Assembly (NCBI GenBank): GCA_046563655.1
Contig: CM102286.1
Span: forward strand, 1,984,001-2,048,000
Source: Yuukianura sp. NJ FZ-2021
Taxonomy: Eukaryota
Length of the DNA: 64,000 nucleotides
Reading direction: 5' to 3'
A program made the position numbers and the translations under genes. Position 1 is the first letter of the stretch. The number at the start of each line of letters is the position of its first letter. Below, piece after piece: positions 35,601-48,246 of the stretch. The notes beneath the pieces were generated by a model. That model was not told where the DNA came from. It saw only the letters and a list, made by a program, of their open reading frames with translations, and did not search any database.

Positions 35601-38338
35601 ACTTTCAAATGTCACCGCTTTTGGTCTTGGCGGTGGCTGTTCATCCAGTACTTCTTTAGCCATCTTCTCCAAAATCGTTATTTCCTTTTCTGATGCATGA
35701 AGACAATAAATAAGGCTCTGCCGATTTGGAATAAAAGAAAATTGTTAAAATTTATTAGTAAAGTTACCATAAGTCACTAATTTTACCTTGTCATTCTTCA
35801 AATCCATTTCACTCTGTGTGTAAGATGGTGGCGCTGCCTGTGAGAAGACCAACGACTGATAAAGTTCCAGGAGTGAGCCAATTTGAAAAACGACAGTAAG
35901 ATCTTTGTCATCTATAAACCAAATTTTGAAATTTTTGTATAAAAATTCACATTTCTGTCAATTATCAATGATAATTTATCATTTTAGTTACCGTCTTTGC
36001 AATATCTGTCTGAGTAAGTTTGCAATACTTCGTGCAGGACATGGGCTTTGGTACACTTTTGTGTTAGAATGCGGAACCCTTGGTTTAACATGCTCTGTGT
36101 ACGCAGTTCTCCTACAATGTCCAAGATGCTGGCAACATTATACTGGCCTTCGCGAAGTAGCTTCTGTAAGGCTTTGAGCAAATGCAGATCCTTCACCTTA
36201 CTACTGCCCTTGTCACTAAAAATCCAAAAATATTTTTTACTTCAGATTCAAAAACTGCCGTGGAAAGTAACAATTCTCACCATAAACCCAGATGAAACGG
36301 TATGTTGACTGTAAAAACTTGGCCTTCGCAGTCCATGAACAGACACTCGATGAGGGGCTTATTCTTGCCTTTCTGCTGTTGAACGTTATTCAAACCCATC
36401 ATTCCAAATGTTGCAGACAAAAGTCTGAAAACCAAAATCAAAATTTTAAGAAATGTAAAAAAAATACATAAGAACTGACATTCATGTAGAATTTCATGTT
36501 GACCTTACCGTCCATGTTGCTTCATTTGGAAATTGGCCACTTTCGGACCCTGTTGCATAGCAAAAACTTCCAAGCGCTCTTGACGTGGAGCATAAATGAC
36601 CAAAAACAATGCCGTCCGATGCTCCTTGTCCTTTCCTTTGCCTCTAGAACTCAAATGCTCGTCAACTTGAACCCAAGCACACTGCGCATCTCGGTATCCT
36701 TTCCATAAGCGAACGACCAAACCACTTAAATTGTCGATTAATGACACTCTACCGAGTCCGTCTGTCACTACCGATAGATTCCGAGTAGGAGAACACAGTA
36801 TGGATGTGCCGTGACGACGATGATCTGCTATTACCGATCTGTCAAAAAAGTTTTTCCAAATTATGAACTGCTGAAAACTTCCAATAATTGTTATGTTTAA
36901 CCTCAAAGACATAGGTGTTGGAACTTCGAATGTTTTGATTTCCTTTGCAGGATTGGCGGGAGTTGACGCTGCACTGGAACCGCCAAATCCTAACCATCCC
37001 GTTGCTGCATTGAGAATACTGGATTTTACTTTGGAAGCAACGGCATACGCCATTTCAGTCAATACAGGCGGTGCTTGATTCTCTTGGGCATGATGAAAGG
37101 CAAGAAATGGCTTACGACCGACAGTCGTAAATACACTGGCTGTTGGTGGATTCTGATTTGGAGTGGCATGGAATCCACCCAACACTGAGGCAGTAAATAG
37201 ATGATCAAATGTGCATGGAGTGATGAGGCCATTAGCTTCGCAATCTACAACTGTTTGTTCGTTTTCGAATCCCCATTTCTTGGAAGACAGCACTGGAGGC
37301 TCGATGATACTTTCCGTGGCATTGGCTTTCACTAAAAAAAAGAAAATATAGAGAATAAGGTTATAGGTTTATAAATTGATTTTACTTAGAAAAAAAAGGT
37401 GACTCACTTCGTGCAAGGTGATTCCTGCACCCTCGAAGGGTTTGGAAAAGTCCGAAACCGTCCAATGTCACCAATACAGAGCGGTAAATCACAATGACTT
37501 CTTCTAGCTGATCATGTTGTAACGATACTCTTGATTGGATAAACGAACGTACTTTGAACGACTGGACTCTCTCGTTATGAAATTGCTGCGAGACGAGTAA
37601 ACTTCCGGTTTCGGTGTATATCCGGACGAATCCGCGACTAAATCCTACGACAAAACAAGTCCAGTCTGGAGCCCCAGGAGAAGTTCGTTTCTGAGATACC
37701 AAAGGAATGCAGGCTATGCTGGTAATAGTTTCACTAAAAGTCAAGATATACAAGTATATAAAGTTGATTAAATGTTTATCAATTGTGCTTAACTTTAGCT
37801 GATCACTCACCCATCTTCTTCGCTTAAAATCCCTTGAAAACACTTGGAATACTTCACTCGGTCAGTATTTATGTAGGATTCACCTATAAATGAAGGATTC
37901 CTTTTTAATTTTTCAAATAAGTTATACCTTTTAACAACGTAAGATGATTATAAGACTGTACTTGTGAAGAAAATGGCCTTGGGTCCTTTGGCAATAGCAA
38001 GGGCATCGCCAACTGGTGAATACGCAATGACACACTCGTCTATCCATGATGTAGATGAGGGCTTATCCAAAACGGCAGAATTCTCCTTTTTGTCTGCTAG
38101 TTGACTAGCATCCGATGTGTCATCATCGTTTCCCCAAGAACCCCAACCAGTATTACTCCAGTCTACGGATTTAAATGTATCATTAACAAGCACACCTTCA
38201 AACAAATTCAAAAACTCATTGAAAAACCTTACCACTCTCTTCGTTGTCAGTGTCAGTGTCACTCTCAAACAAAAACTGTCGAATGGCCTCCCAATTTTCA
38301 ATTTCTCCGTGTATTTCTAGTTGGCCAGCAGCACTCAT
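32683..38338 (-). CDS. RAB3GAP2: Rab3 GTPase-activating protein non-catalytic subunit, multi-exon
   Basis: IPLVSQKRTSPGAPDWTCFVVGFSRGFVRIYTETGSLL, VVTDGLGRVSLID...VVRLWKGYRDAQCAW, ALFLVIYAPR..RLEVFAMQQGPKVA; ATG at 38338 (MSAAGQLEIHG); TGA at 32683-32685. Confidence 0.93.
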
Positions 38339-39216
38339 TGCTACTCAATCCCACTAAGAAATTGATGGTTTATGAAACTGAAACAAAAGGTTAAGTTCAA
38401 TTAAATCAACATCCAACTTAACAACAAGTAAATTGTAAGTTCACTCACAGTCACACACACCTCGCTGGACCAATAACAGCTGATTGATAATTTTGATTAC
38501 TGAATCACCTGTGTTGTGTTGTCAAAGCTGATAAATCGTAATCATGACGCATGCGAAGCGCATGTTTGACGGTTAGACAAAATATTCCTTCTTAGATTGT
38601 CATCGGGCATACATGTATGGACAAGAATTTAATTTGGCAGTTCGGCAATCGGTAGTTAGAAACAATGAAAGTAGTGCTTACAAGAAAACTCAATCACGTA
38701 AATTAAATTTGTTATCCCAATAACATAATACTTGAAAAACTGTGCACTAATAGAGTATTAGTTATCTTATCACAATTAAAGACGACAAATGAATATTCTA
38801 CTTATCGTCTTCGCCGTTTTGCATTTTAGAAATCGTAGCTGCTTACGATTTCTAAAATGTAATGCTAAATGCTAATACACAATTTTTAGAATTATGTGTG
38901 TAAAGTCTGGAAGGCTTGTTCCATGAATGTTTTATTGTTAGTCACCTTGAAGGAAACGGGAATTGTAGTCAATTAACGCATCAAATAGTAGCGAAATCTT
39001 CAATTCAATTTAGTAGCCCTTTTTAATTTCATTGAAACTGACTGCCCAAAAAAGGGTGTGGCAATTCGGGAGTGAGTAACTTTTTGTTGTACCGAGCGGT
39101 GCGGTGTCAAAACGGGTTGATCATCGTGTGTTCTTCTTTGTAAGCTGTTGAACTTTGACCGTGATTTTTAATTAATTAAATTGTTATTTGGCATTTTTAT
39201 TAAACCTAGGAATATC

Positions 39217-40169
39217 ATGGCATCAAGACGAGAAGAAGCAGAGGCACTTCGTGAGGACATTCACCAATTCCTGGGAACCGTTGAAAGGTCTTACTTTTTA
39301 AAATGTTGCTTGTCAAATGATTTGGTTTAGGAAAATCGTACTAAGCCCTTCCAGGCTCTTTTTAACTTAAATTCTGACGAATTTCCACAGGTACAATGCG
39401 AGCAACCTCCCGGCACTGGAACGATATGTAGAACTTCAAGTCTCGGAGAACGTTTACGATCTGGAAGCGAATCTGTCTATCCTGAAGCTGTACCAATTTT
39501 TTCCGCATTTTTACAAGGCCGAAATTGCTTGTTGGATTCTACTCAAAGCCATAGCCAATCTACCACACACCGATTTTGTACTGTGCAGATGTCTGTTGGG
39601 ACCAGGCCAGGTAGAGTAGAGTACTGACTAACCGTATAATTTCTTATTTTACAATTTAGAATCGTCTGTAACTTGATTGTTTTAAATTAACTCTTATGTA
39701 GCTGGATGACTTGAATATCGTGCGAATAACGTTTTTGGCGAACTTGTTGGAGCAGTGCCAGTTCAAGCACTTTTGGCAAGAGAAGAATAAGGATCAACAG
39801 CTGATCTCAGAAATCAAAGGATTTGACGATTCGATTAGGAAGTTCGTGTGTCACGTTGTGAACATCACTTACCAATCTCTGGACAAGAGTATTCTGAAGG
39901 ACTTGCTTGGAAACATTACCGGTAAAGTTACATTACATTACATTCAGAAAGATACATGATAGCAAAATTAGAGTTTTACCTTGAACTTTTCTCATTGTTG
40001 TGTTTGAACAGAGGCTGAATTAAAGACATGGATGGCCAAGTATGGCTGGAAAGAGGAACACGACACTGTTTACATTGCGAACCAGGAGGACATTATCAAA
40101 ACGAAGAACATCACTGAAAAAATTTCATTCGAGACCGTGTCTGTCGTCATGTATCCACTGGCAAAATAA
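39217..40169 (+). CDS. EIF3K: Eukaryotic translation initiation factor 3 subunit K, 4 coding exons
   Basis: ERYN...LERYVELQ...YDLEANLSILKLYQF...ILLKAIANLPHTDFVLC; GFDDSIRKFVCHVVNITYQ; IANQEDIIKTKNITEKISFE; TAA at 40167-40169. Confidence 0.95.
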
Positions 40170-40483
40170 GATCGCAGCCCTTTCAGCGACACTATAAGGT
40201 ATGTATGCTACTATACTAAGACACCAAACAACTAAAGCATAGTTTAGCATTTAAATTGCTAAATAAATGTTGATATAAGCTACAATTTAGCTGTCAGATA
40301 TTTTACACTTGAAGTTTTTGCTTTCCATAATAAATTGGTGGGATATTTATTTACCTGGTTTGAATATATTAGTTAACTAAAACTTTTTAAAATTAGATAA
40401 ACACATCCAACATGCTTACTTTTACGTTTTTTACAGCTTCCGTTAGATTGGAAATAGCAATCTTCTTTATGTATTTGAAAAAG

Positions 40484-40976
40484 TCAGAACCGTACGCTGA
40501 ATGAGCGAAATTCTTGTCTCGTCATGAATTCCCAGTTGCTAAGTTCTAGTTTGCTGATTTTGCAACCTGGACTTCCAGTCTTCGCCAACCAATGGACTCT
40601 GTTGATCAAAATTCAAACTTTTACTTTCAAAAACCAAAATTTTGAAAACAAAAAAAAAACATGTGTTTCTTTACATTTGGTCAACAGCGTGCCTTGTCCC
40701 TTGAATTTTTCCAACAATTGTTCCAGCTTTGGAATTTTTTATCCATCCTCCAACTCCGAATTTCTCACAAATTTCTTTACAATGTTTTGTGAAAAAGCAA
40801 CCTATGAAGCATTTTCAGAAATAATTTCAAAATTTCATAATTTTGGAGTCTTTTTGAAATTCTATTTTCAAAAATTACTGACCTTGTACTTGTCCAAACA
40901 CTTCGAATTCAACTGAAACGATTGTCCCTGGTGGATCAGCGCTTAGTGACGCTGGACCAGGGCTTAGCGTATTCAT
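40484..40976 (-). CDS. Acyp: Acylphosphatase-family protein, 111 aa, 3 exons (40976-40883, 40801-40675, 40598-40484); not in the ORF track
   Basis: Spliced translation MNTLSPGPASLSADPPGTIVSVEFEVFGQVQGCFFTKHCKEICEKFGVGGWIKNSKAGTIVGKIQGTRHAVDQIVHWLAKTGSPGCKISKLELSNWEFMTRQEFRSFSVRF; 336 nt; GT-AG introns. Confidence 0.92.
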
Positions 40977-42080
40977 TTTTTTTCTTAAAGTAAGGCACTT
41001 AACAACAACAAAATTCGGTTTTTTAAGCGCTCTTGAGACTGCAAAACGCTATTGGCTATTGGCAGACTGTTCATAAAAACTTACAACTTGTAGGCTTTTA
41101 CATATGTCCTGGACGTGGATACCTCTGTAGCTCGTTTTAGAAAAACAGAACTATTTTGGCACAGGTCCAATTGAATCTTTTACATAACCACCAAGTTCGT
41201 CTTGGCTAACCGCTAAAGTTTTAGTAGGAAGCGATGCACACAAGCGCATCACATCAAAGTTCCATTATCATTGTTCAAAACATAAGCTATGTCATGTCTT
41301 TACTCTTATTTTTTAGCTGCCAGTGACACACAATACCAAATTGTTTAATGACGCTTTGAAATCTCTTAGCGTGAGAAACATAAACTTACCGGAAGTACTT
41401 TTTTAGAATATTTTGATAAACTTTTCCAATTTGCAGCTTTTGTGGGTCTCTGCAACTTCGAATCGTTTAGACTTGGTTTATACACTTTGAAAAAAGAATT
41501 TTTTTTAAAACTTATTCAAATCATTTCGTCACTGTTTTCATTTTTTAGCTTGAAACAAAATCAAGAATCTTGATTAATTGTTGTGACGTTGTTTTATTTC
41601 TACACATTATTAGGAGCACCATTCGTATTTTGTAAAACTTATTTTTTTTTAAAATACACCATAAAAATATAAATATACACTAACTTAACTTACAATTAAA
41701 AGTATATAGGAATATTTTAAACACTTTGCATTTTCATATTTTGAAATCTTTTTAGCAAATGTTAGAAACTTTCGATTTACGATAAAACGCTGCGAGGAAC
41801 TTTGAGGTATTACGAAAGTTAAGTTAGGTACATACATTGGTGACTTCAAGGTTATATACTAGCTTAACTTCTTAGTAACATTCAAATTAAGTAGAACTAA
41901 TTACAGATCTTGCTTGATTAATGAGGAAATTAACCACTAATTAAACATATGCGAACGTCCGGAAACGAAGAATTGAACTTTAACATTAATTTGGTAAACC
42001 CGGAATTGGACTAATTGCGGTTCAGAGGAAATTGGCAATTGGCTTAATCGACTTTTCAAAATTTTAATTGAAGAATTTTG

Positions 42081-44564
42081 TCAACAATTTTTGTTACTGT
42101 TGTCAGGTAGTTGTAGCTTTGACCTTGGCTCAACATCAAAGTGATCAACGTAAATAGAATTGTTAGAGTAGAGATTCAGCGGATGCTGTTTTTCTTCATC
42201 CAGCATCTTGGAAGGCGGGGGAATGGAGAAGTTGGCACTCGTTGGCCCTAGGGCACTACTGCGCCTGCGTTGTGTCAACGGTTCGGTCATGAGCATGCGC
42301 TGTGAAAAAAAAGTATAAATATTATAATATTTATATACCTTTACATTTTTATATCTTTATAATAATCAGGGTTGTCAAAAATATGTGCCAAAAACCTCCG
42401 AAATATTGACAAAAAAATATTTAAAAAAAATCACCCAAATATTTACTTATTTAACATGAGTAAATAAATAAATATGTAGCAACAAAAACCCCGCATGAAT
42501 ATTTTTTTTGTTAAGATTATGGACATGGGGACTAAATATTTTTGACATCCCTGATAATAATAGATGGTCTAGTACTTGTGAAGTAAAGAGGTATCGAATG
42601 AGCCATGGTTCTGGAAAGGGAATTCCATGATGTCGTTTTTTCTGGAGCAGGGAAATGTAGGATATCGGCCATTCTGTGGATCCGTCACCACTGTCTTCCC
42701 CGTCAATAGTAATTCCACGAGCAGCTACTGTAGACAAACAACCCAAGATTATGCACCCCACTGTTCCTACGATAGTCAGAAACCACTCGTTGTAGATTTG
42801 CTCAGTCGCTGGATCTGGAAATTTTGACAAAATTTTAAGTCACAAGTTCAAAATTTTGAAAATGAAGCATGTTTCCAATTCATACCGAAGATGGTTACAA
42901 GGTCGTAGAGTTCCCAGTTGCCACGCCAGGCCAAAACGCAAGCGAGAAAAGCCCAGGTCGTGACTAAATCAAAAACGGCAACGCGCATGATCCCATGCAG
43001 TTTGATCATGAACCGGAAGTAGCACGGCTGAAGAATGGACAGGATGATGGTAATTGCTGCTCCAAGGGCCTAATCATCCAATTTATTTTTTCATTTTATA
43101 GATTATTATAAAGTTATTTGATTAATTTATACAAAACCTTGGGATATGCACAAAGGACTAAACCTACCAAGGACATACTGGCTGCTAAAATTGGCTCTCC
43201 TGGATAAATCAAAAGCACAGTCAAATTCCAGCAACCTCGCCAGGCCAGTGCCACCAAATTTTGAATGACAATGATCGACCAGAGCACGTCAAAAAAGTAC
43301 TTCCACTTTGACGTAATCTAACACAAAACAATTAAAAAATATATTATAAACTTGTACAAAAAATTGTGCAAATTATCGAAATTATAGAAATTAATTATTA
43401 AAGGTATAGAAATTATAGGAATTATACAAAGTATAGAATTTATACAATTATAGAATTTATGCCCAGTGGTGACGTCACTTTCAAATAATAGGGAGTTTGC
43501 GTTTCATAAATTTCCATAACTGAAAAAAGTTTTGTAACGTCACAGATTTGAATCGACCAATCGCGGGAGCCGTCACAAAAAGGGGTGGTGGAATTCGTCC
43601 ATATTTCAAGATTCTATAATTTTCATAATTTCTATAATTTATTTATAACGCAAACTCCATAATTTATAAACTAACCATTTAATAAGTTAAGTTGTTAAAT
43701 TGTTTGTTAAATACATACGGGTGTTTTGAAGGCCAACTGACAGTCATGGATACTCGTAGCTTCGTCGACTCCAACGAAAAGCGGTGTTGCCAACACATTA
43801 CACAAAGTCTTCAGTCCAATCAATCCCGTCATGCCAATCAGCATCGATAAAATTGACAGTTCAGAGCCCACCCCCGTTTTTGCATCCAGGAGTTCCCAGA
43901 TACCCCGCCAGAGGTTAATCTGTGCAAAGGCATGCGCAAACAACAGTGTTCTGGAAATGGTATAGAACAGGATGAAGTTCATCTTCGGAGGGAGTGGAAC
44001 CCACTCTTTGATAGTCTCCTGGAACCCATACTGCACCAGCAGCATTCCATTGCCCAGTATGATGGATATCCATGGTTCAGTGTAGTAGGCCATCACATTC
44101 CAAATTCCCCGCCACATTGCAATGGTCAACGGAAGAAGAATGCACAGTGACACGGCAACATCCGACATTCGGAAACACAGCAAAGTCGTTCCTTTGGCCA
44201 GAGAACTTCCTAGGGAATTTGTACTTTGTTTTCTGGGCCGACTAAAACTCGGAACTTCAACAATTGAAACCACCGGAAGAGGAGCACTAAAACTCGGAGT
44301 TGTCGGATTCGGTGCCGCCTGAACTTCAACAATTGATACCGGAGGTGGTGGATCTTCTGGAATTTGTTGTTCGTGGTCTTCGTAGTGAATTGATCTTGTT
44401 GTTCCCACATGTTTGGTGTGAATTGGATCCAAATGTGGCAGTGTTGTATTAGGACCGGCAGTTATAACGGAATCGACCACCGTTGTTGTAGGATTTAGTT
44501 CTGATTGTGGTTTTACTGTATTAGAGGAACAATGCGTCGTTCCCTCTGCTTGTTCTGATTCCAT
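42081..44564 (-). CDS. fusl: Fuseless-like multi-pass membrane protein, multi-exon
   Basis: Repeated WRGxW motifs (MWRGIWN, LWRGIWE, AWRGCWN, AWRGNWE) with hydrophobic segments and HxxGxxxL-type C-terminal region; exons about 44564-43718, 43317-43168, 43069-42886, 42812-42574, 42300-42081. Confidence 0.75.
42367..42553. mobile_element. hAT-type MITE in a fuseless-like intron
   Basis: TIR CAGGG(T/A)TGTCAAAAATAT; 8-bp TSD ATAATAAT at 42359-42366 and 42554-42561. Confidence 0.85.
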
Positions 44565-45947
44565 TCTGATGTGTATTCCCCTCTTTGCTATGCACTTGTA
44601 CACTAAAACGCGCTAAGGATTCCGAATTTAGCTTTGCATTTCAAAATGTAACTTTAGGTATTCGGTAGCCATGAAAAGAAGGCTTTTGTTACTACAAATA
44701 GGACCCTATCAATTGTGGTTTCTAAAAAAAATTTCAGAGGGTCGCAGTATTTGTGTATGTCAATGGTCTAAATCCATTTTTTAAATCAGAGTTTTTTAAA
44801 ATCATTTCACTATATTACTTTTTATAGTAAAATTTCATAATTTGAATCAAAATTTCAACAAAGTTGCTTATGAATCCAATCGGAATGAGAATGATAAGCT
44901 TGCAGTGCTTTGGCAACAAAACGTGCCAATAAATATGATGTCACTTGCATTCGGAAATCTTGGCGTTCAGGCGTTTGTTGTTATGCGCGCTGGAAACGAT
45001 GTTTGAACTCGTTTCGAAAAATTCGCATATTCTGAGAGTGCGCTTAGATGATTCAATGCACTGAACTTTTTTTTTTTTGAAAATCTTTTTCAAAATTCTG
45101 AACAATTTTTGGTGAGTTTGGAGGGTTTGATTTTAAGTAGCACTGCTCTTTCACTTTCAAAAATAAGGTTACAGTTAATTTGATTAAAAAAATAATAGGT
45201 AGAAAGAACTGTTCACAAAAATACAAGAAGAAAATTTGAATGAAATTTTGAACAATTTCGAAGTTTTGGAAACAAGAACTTAGGTTTTTTAAAGTATTGC
45301 TCAGTGTTTTTGAAAGATGTGTGGTGGTGATGTTCTTAAAGAGAACTGATTCAGTTTAGGTTTGTTTGTCCAATGTCCAAACTGGACTCCGCAGGGAGTT
45401 CCTGGACAAATCAAAAGTGATATCCGCCCAAAAAGACTATGGGATTCTATAGACCATTTTTCGTCTGGAACGCTATCGCATCTTTTGAGGCTATTGCGGA
45501 TTGTGGTCATAGTTCAGCACATGTAGTACAGTTCCTGGACTCATAATTTCGAAGTTGTATTGTTGGACGCAGTATTTAAAAAAAAACATTTCATCGTTAT
45601 CCATTTGTTTCAGTTTTTGTGAAACTTTTCATTTTTTTTTCATTCTAGCAAAAAAAAAAGGTTGTGCCATCCGAATCCAATTCAAAGTGTTTCAATTAAA
45701 AGTTATCGTTAATTGAAGCTGATGGCTAGTAAAAAGAAGGTTTGAACTGACCGCAGTAGCACACTAAACTAAATTCTATTGCTAGTTATGTCAATAATAA
45801 ATTGATTGATTGTGTTTTTAAGCGTGTAGCTTTAGTATGTTTGAATTTACACCTCACTCGACAATAAAGTTGGACTGCAATTAAACTTAATTCGGATTTT
45901 GAAAACGGTAATTAATCCACTTTTCTTAAAACAAAGTACCAATATGA

Positions 45948-46288
45948 GTGATTCCATGCCATTGCTCCGAATCAATTAGTCCGAAATGAATTTCTCCGAA
46001 ACTATTTGCTAGGAATTGAATTGCTACGAATCCAATTACTCCGAATGGCAAATTGCTCCGAAAATAGTTGTATTATAATCTATTAACTTAGCGTAATGAT
46101 TTTATAACTCAAACGAGTGTAATCTTATATGATATTTAGTATGTAGATATGTACTTAAGTCTAAACCAAACCTACCTTTACTTGATCTGGCTGACTTAAT
46201 TACAATTTCGGAGCAATTGATTTCGTAGGAACCCATTCTGAGGAATTCGCTTCGGCGCATTACATTCGACGTAATGGCATTCTATCAC
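45948..46288. mobile_element. Degenerate foldback/MULE-like non-autonomous element; TIRs built of about 15-bp subrepeats
   Basis: Left arm of ATTGCTCCGAA-type units; right arm of TTCGGAGCAAT-type units; GTGAT...ATCAC ends; central CTAAACCAAACCTACC. Confidence 0.55.
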
Positions 46289-48246
46289 CAAGGTTGCTAT
46301 TGACTTATAAACATCAAACGTGCCTTAAATATGTTATGTTGAATATGTTAAATACTACCGTATGTAATGATAGATTGCAAATGTACATGCAACCTTAACC
46401 TTAACCTTAAAGATGAAGCTTAAGGAATTAGTGAAATATGGATTCGTAAATAGTGAATGTAATCTGCTGGAGTAATGATGACCCTACAGTCAAAAAATTG
46501 CAGTCCTCGTGACACAAGTTGTGTCCACATTAATCATAAATAACAAGATCATTTTAGTAAATGACTCGGCTTAAAATTTATAGTCTTTGGACTTTTAGCC
46601 TACAAGTGTCACTATCAACATTCCTAGCAATATTTTCCCAAGAATATGACATTTTGTAATAAATTTTCCAGCATTCATGAAGAAAAACCTACGTATTTAA
46701 AAGTTAGTTATTGAACCACACAAGACATGTTTTTGATAGGGTTGAGTTGAATTTTACTTGATTTGAGAATCTCAAATTTGGTAATTGTGGATGTTCTACA
46801 TCAACTTGATCCATTGAGGTTCCAGACAATTTCTTGCTACTAATTGATGATGATTATGAAAACGAATTGACGTCCATGGTCACATAAATTATCTTATTTT
46901 CATACAATTAATCCTCATTTTCAAGTCCAAGTTCTACAACTTACTGTAGCCAATAGAAAGCATCCGATGCTCTTGATTTTGTGGTGAGGATCATCATCAC
47001 TTTGATATCTTTTGTTTTATACAATCTTTCAAACGAGAAAAGTAATTTGAAACATTTTTTTGTGTTTAAAATTCAAAACTTATCATTTTTTAATTATTGT
47101 TCTGGGCATGATGCTGTAGCAGTTCTGATTGACAAATGGCGTAATTGGAATCCTTATTGTGTAAAATCATGAAATTGCCAAATCATTTGTGTGAATGACA
47201 ATAAGAAATTTTTGGGCATTGAAATTGTGAAATTGCAAATTTGCAATGAAAATATTTCTTTGTGCAGATAACAATCGAAGATCATCAATTCATCTTTTGT
47301 TTTTTTTTATAAACTTGTCCTTCACTTTTTTTTTGTTTGGCGTGACTTTTTCAATATTATTGTTTCAAAAGATAATTAAAAACTTAGTCATTTTAATTAA
47401 CAAATGATGAGAGAAAATTAAATTATATGGCGTGGGTCCAGGAACAAAAATGCTACTTACCTGCCATCTCTCGAGTAGATTAGAAATATTCAACAAAATA
47501 TCAGTTTAATTTTTTTTTGAATTTTTTTCGCGCGCTTTTTGCTGTTGTAATGCGATAATGAGAGAAAGCATATCGCAAAAAACAGTACGCTACTACGTAT
47601 GCTAATTTGTACCGTAGGCTATACTGTTTTTGTTGCTTTTATGAATTTTTTCAGGGAATTTATAGTAAAATATGTGTAGAGGACAAATGGTCGAATTTTG
47701 GTAAAAAAACCACAATTTTGAAACGTTTTCATTGTCGATTTAGTTGGCAGTGGCACTTGTTAAATTGAAGCTTCTAAAAACCAGATTCTTAAAGAGGAGA
47801 AAAGCACAACTTCGAACTACCGCCTACGTTTTAACTTCCAGACGTACGTTTGTGGCATATTAACATCAGCGGATTGACAAGACGGTAACTAAACAAATTC
47901 TTGTAGTATTTGTTAATTTGTGATATGTTAACATTCAATTGTCGATATTGTTGCGTTATGGCAATGGCACGCTACGATTACTGATTGTTTCGTGTTGAAA
48001 ACAACAGTTGTTAAGGGGAGCAACAGACTTTACCGGAAGATTTTTATTACAGGTCGATCATGCTCTTGTGACAATCGAATGCAGTACTAGCAAAAATTCA
48101 GCTTCCATCGTTTTTAATCCGTTTTTAAAGAAAGACAAGGAATTCAAACGTTGTTATAAGGTATTTTTTTGAAATACTGCTTGAGCTAACCTCATCTGTT
48201 TTGTACTCATTGACTGATTCATTTTTCAGTTGCTACGCACGAAGCA

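Noticed and set aside
40925..40962. GC-rich hairpin considered as a Helitron end or ncRNA
   Set aside because: Lies within coding exon 1 of the acylphosphatase-like gene; no CTRR terminus.
41034..41046. 13-bp match (TGAGACTGCAAAA) to the LTR start
   Set aside because: Too short, with no further LTR similarity; likely chance.
43492..43658. 12-bp inverted repeat GGAGTTTGCGTT...AACGCAAACTCC in a fuseless-like intron
   Set aside because: Possibly MITE debris, but no TSD or clear boundaries.
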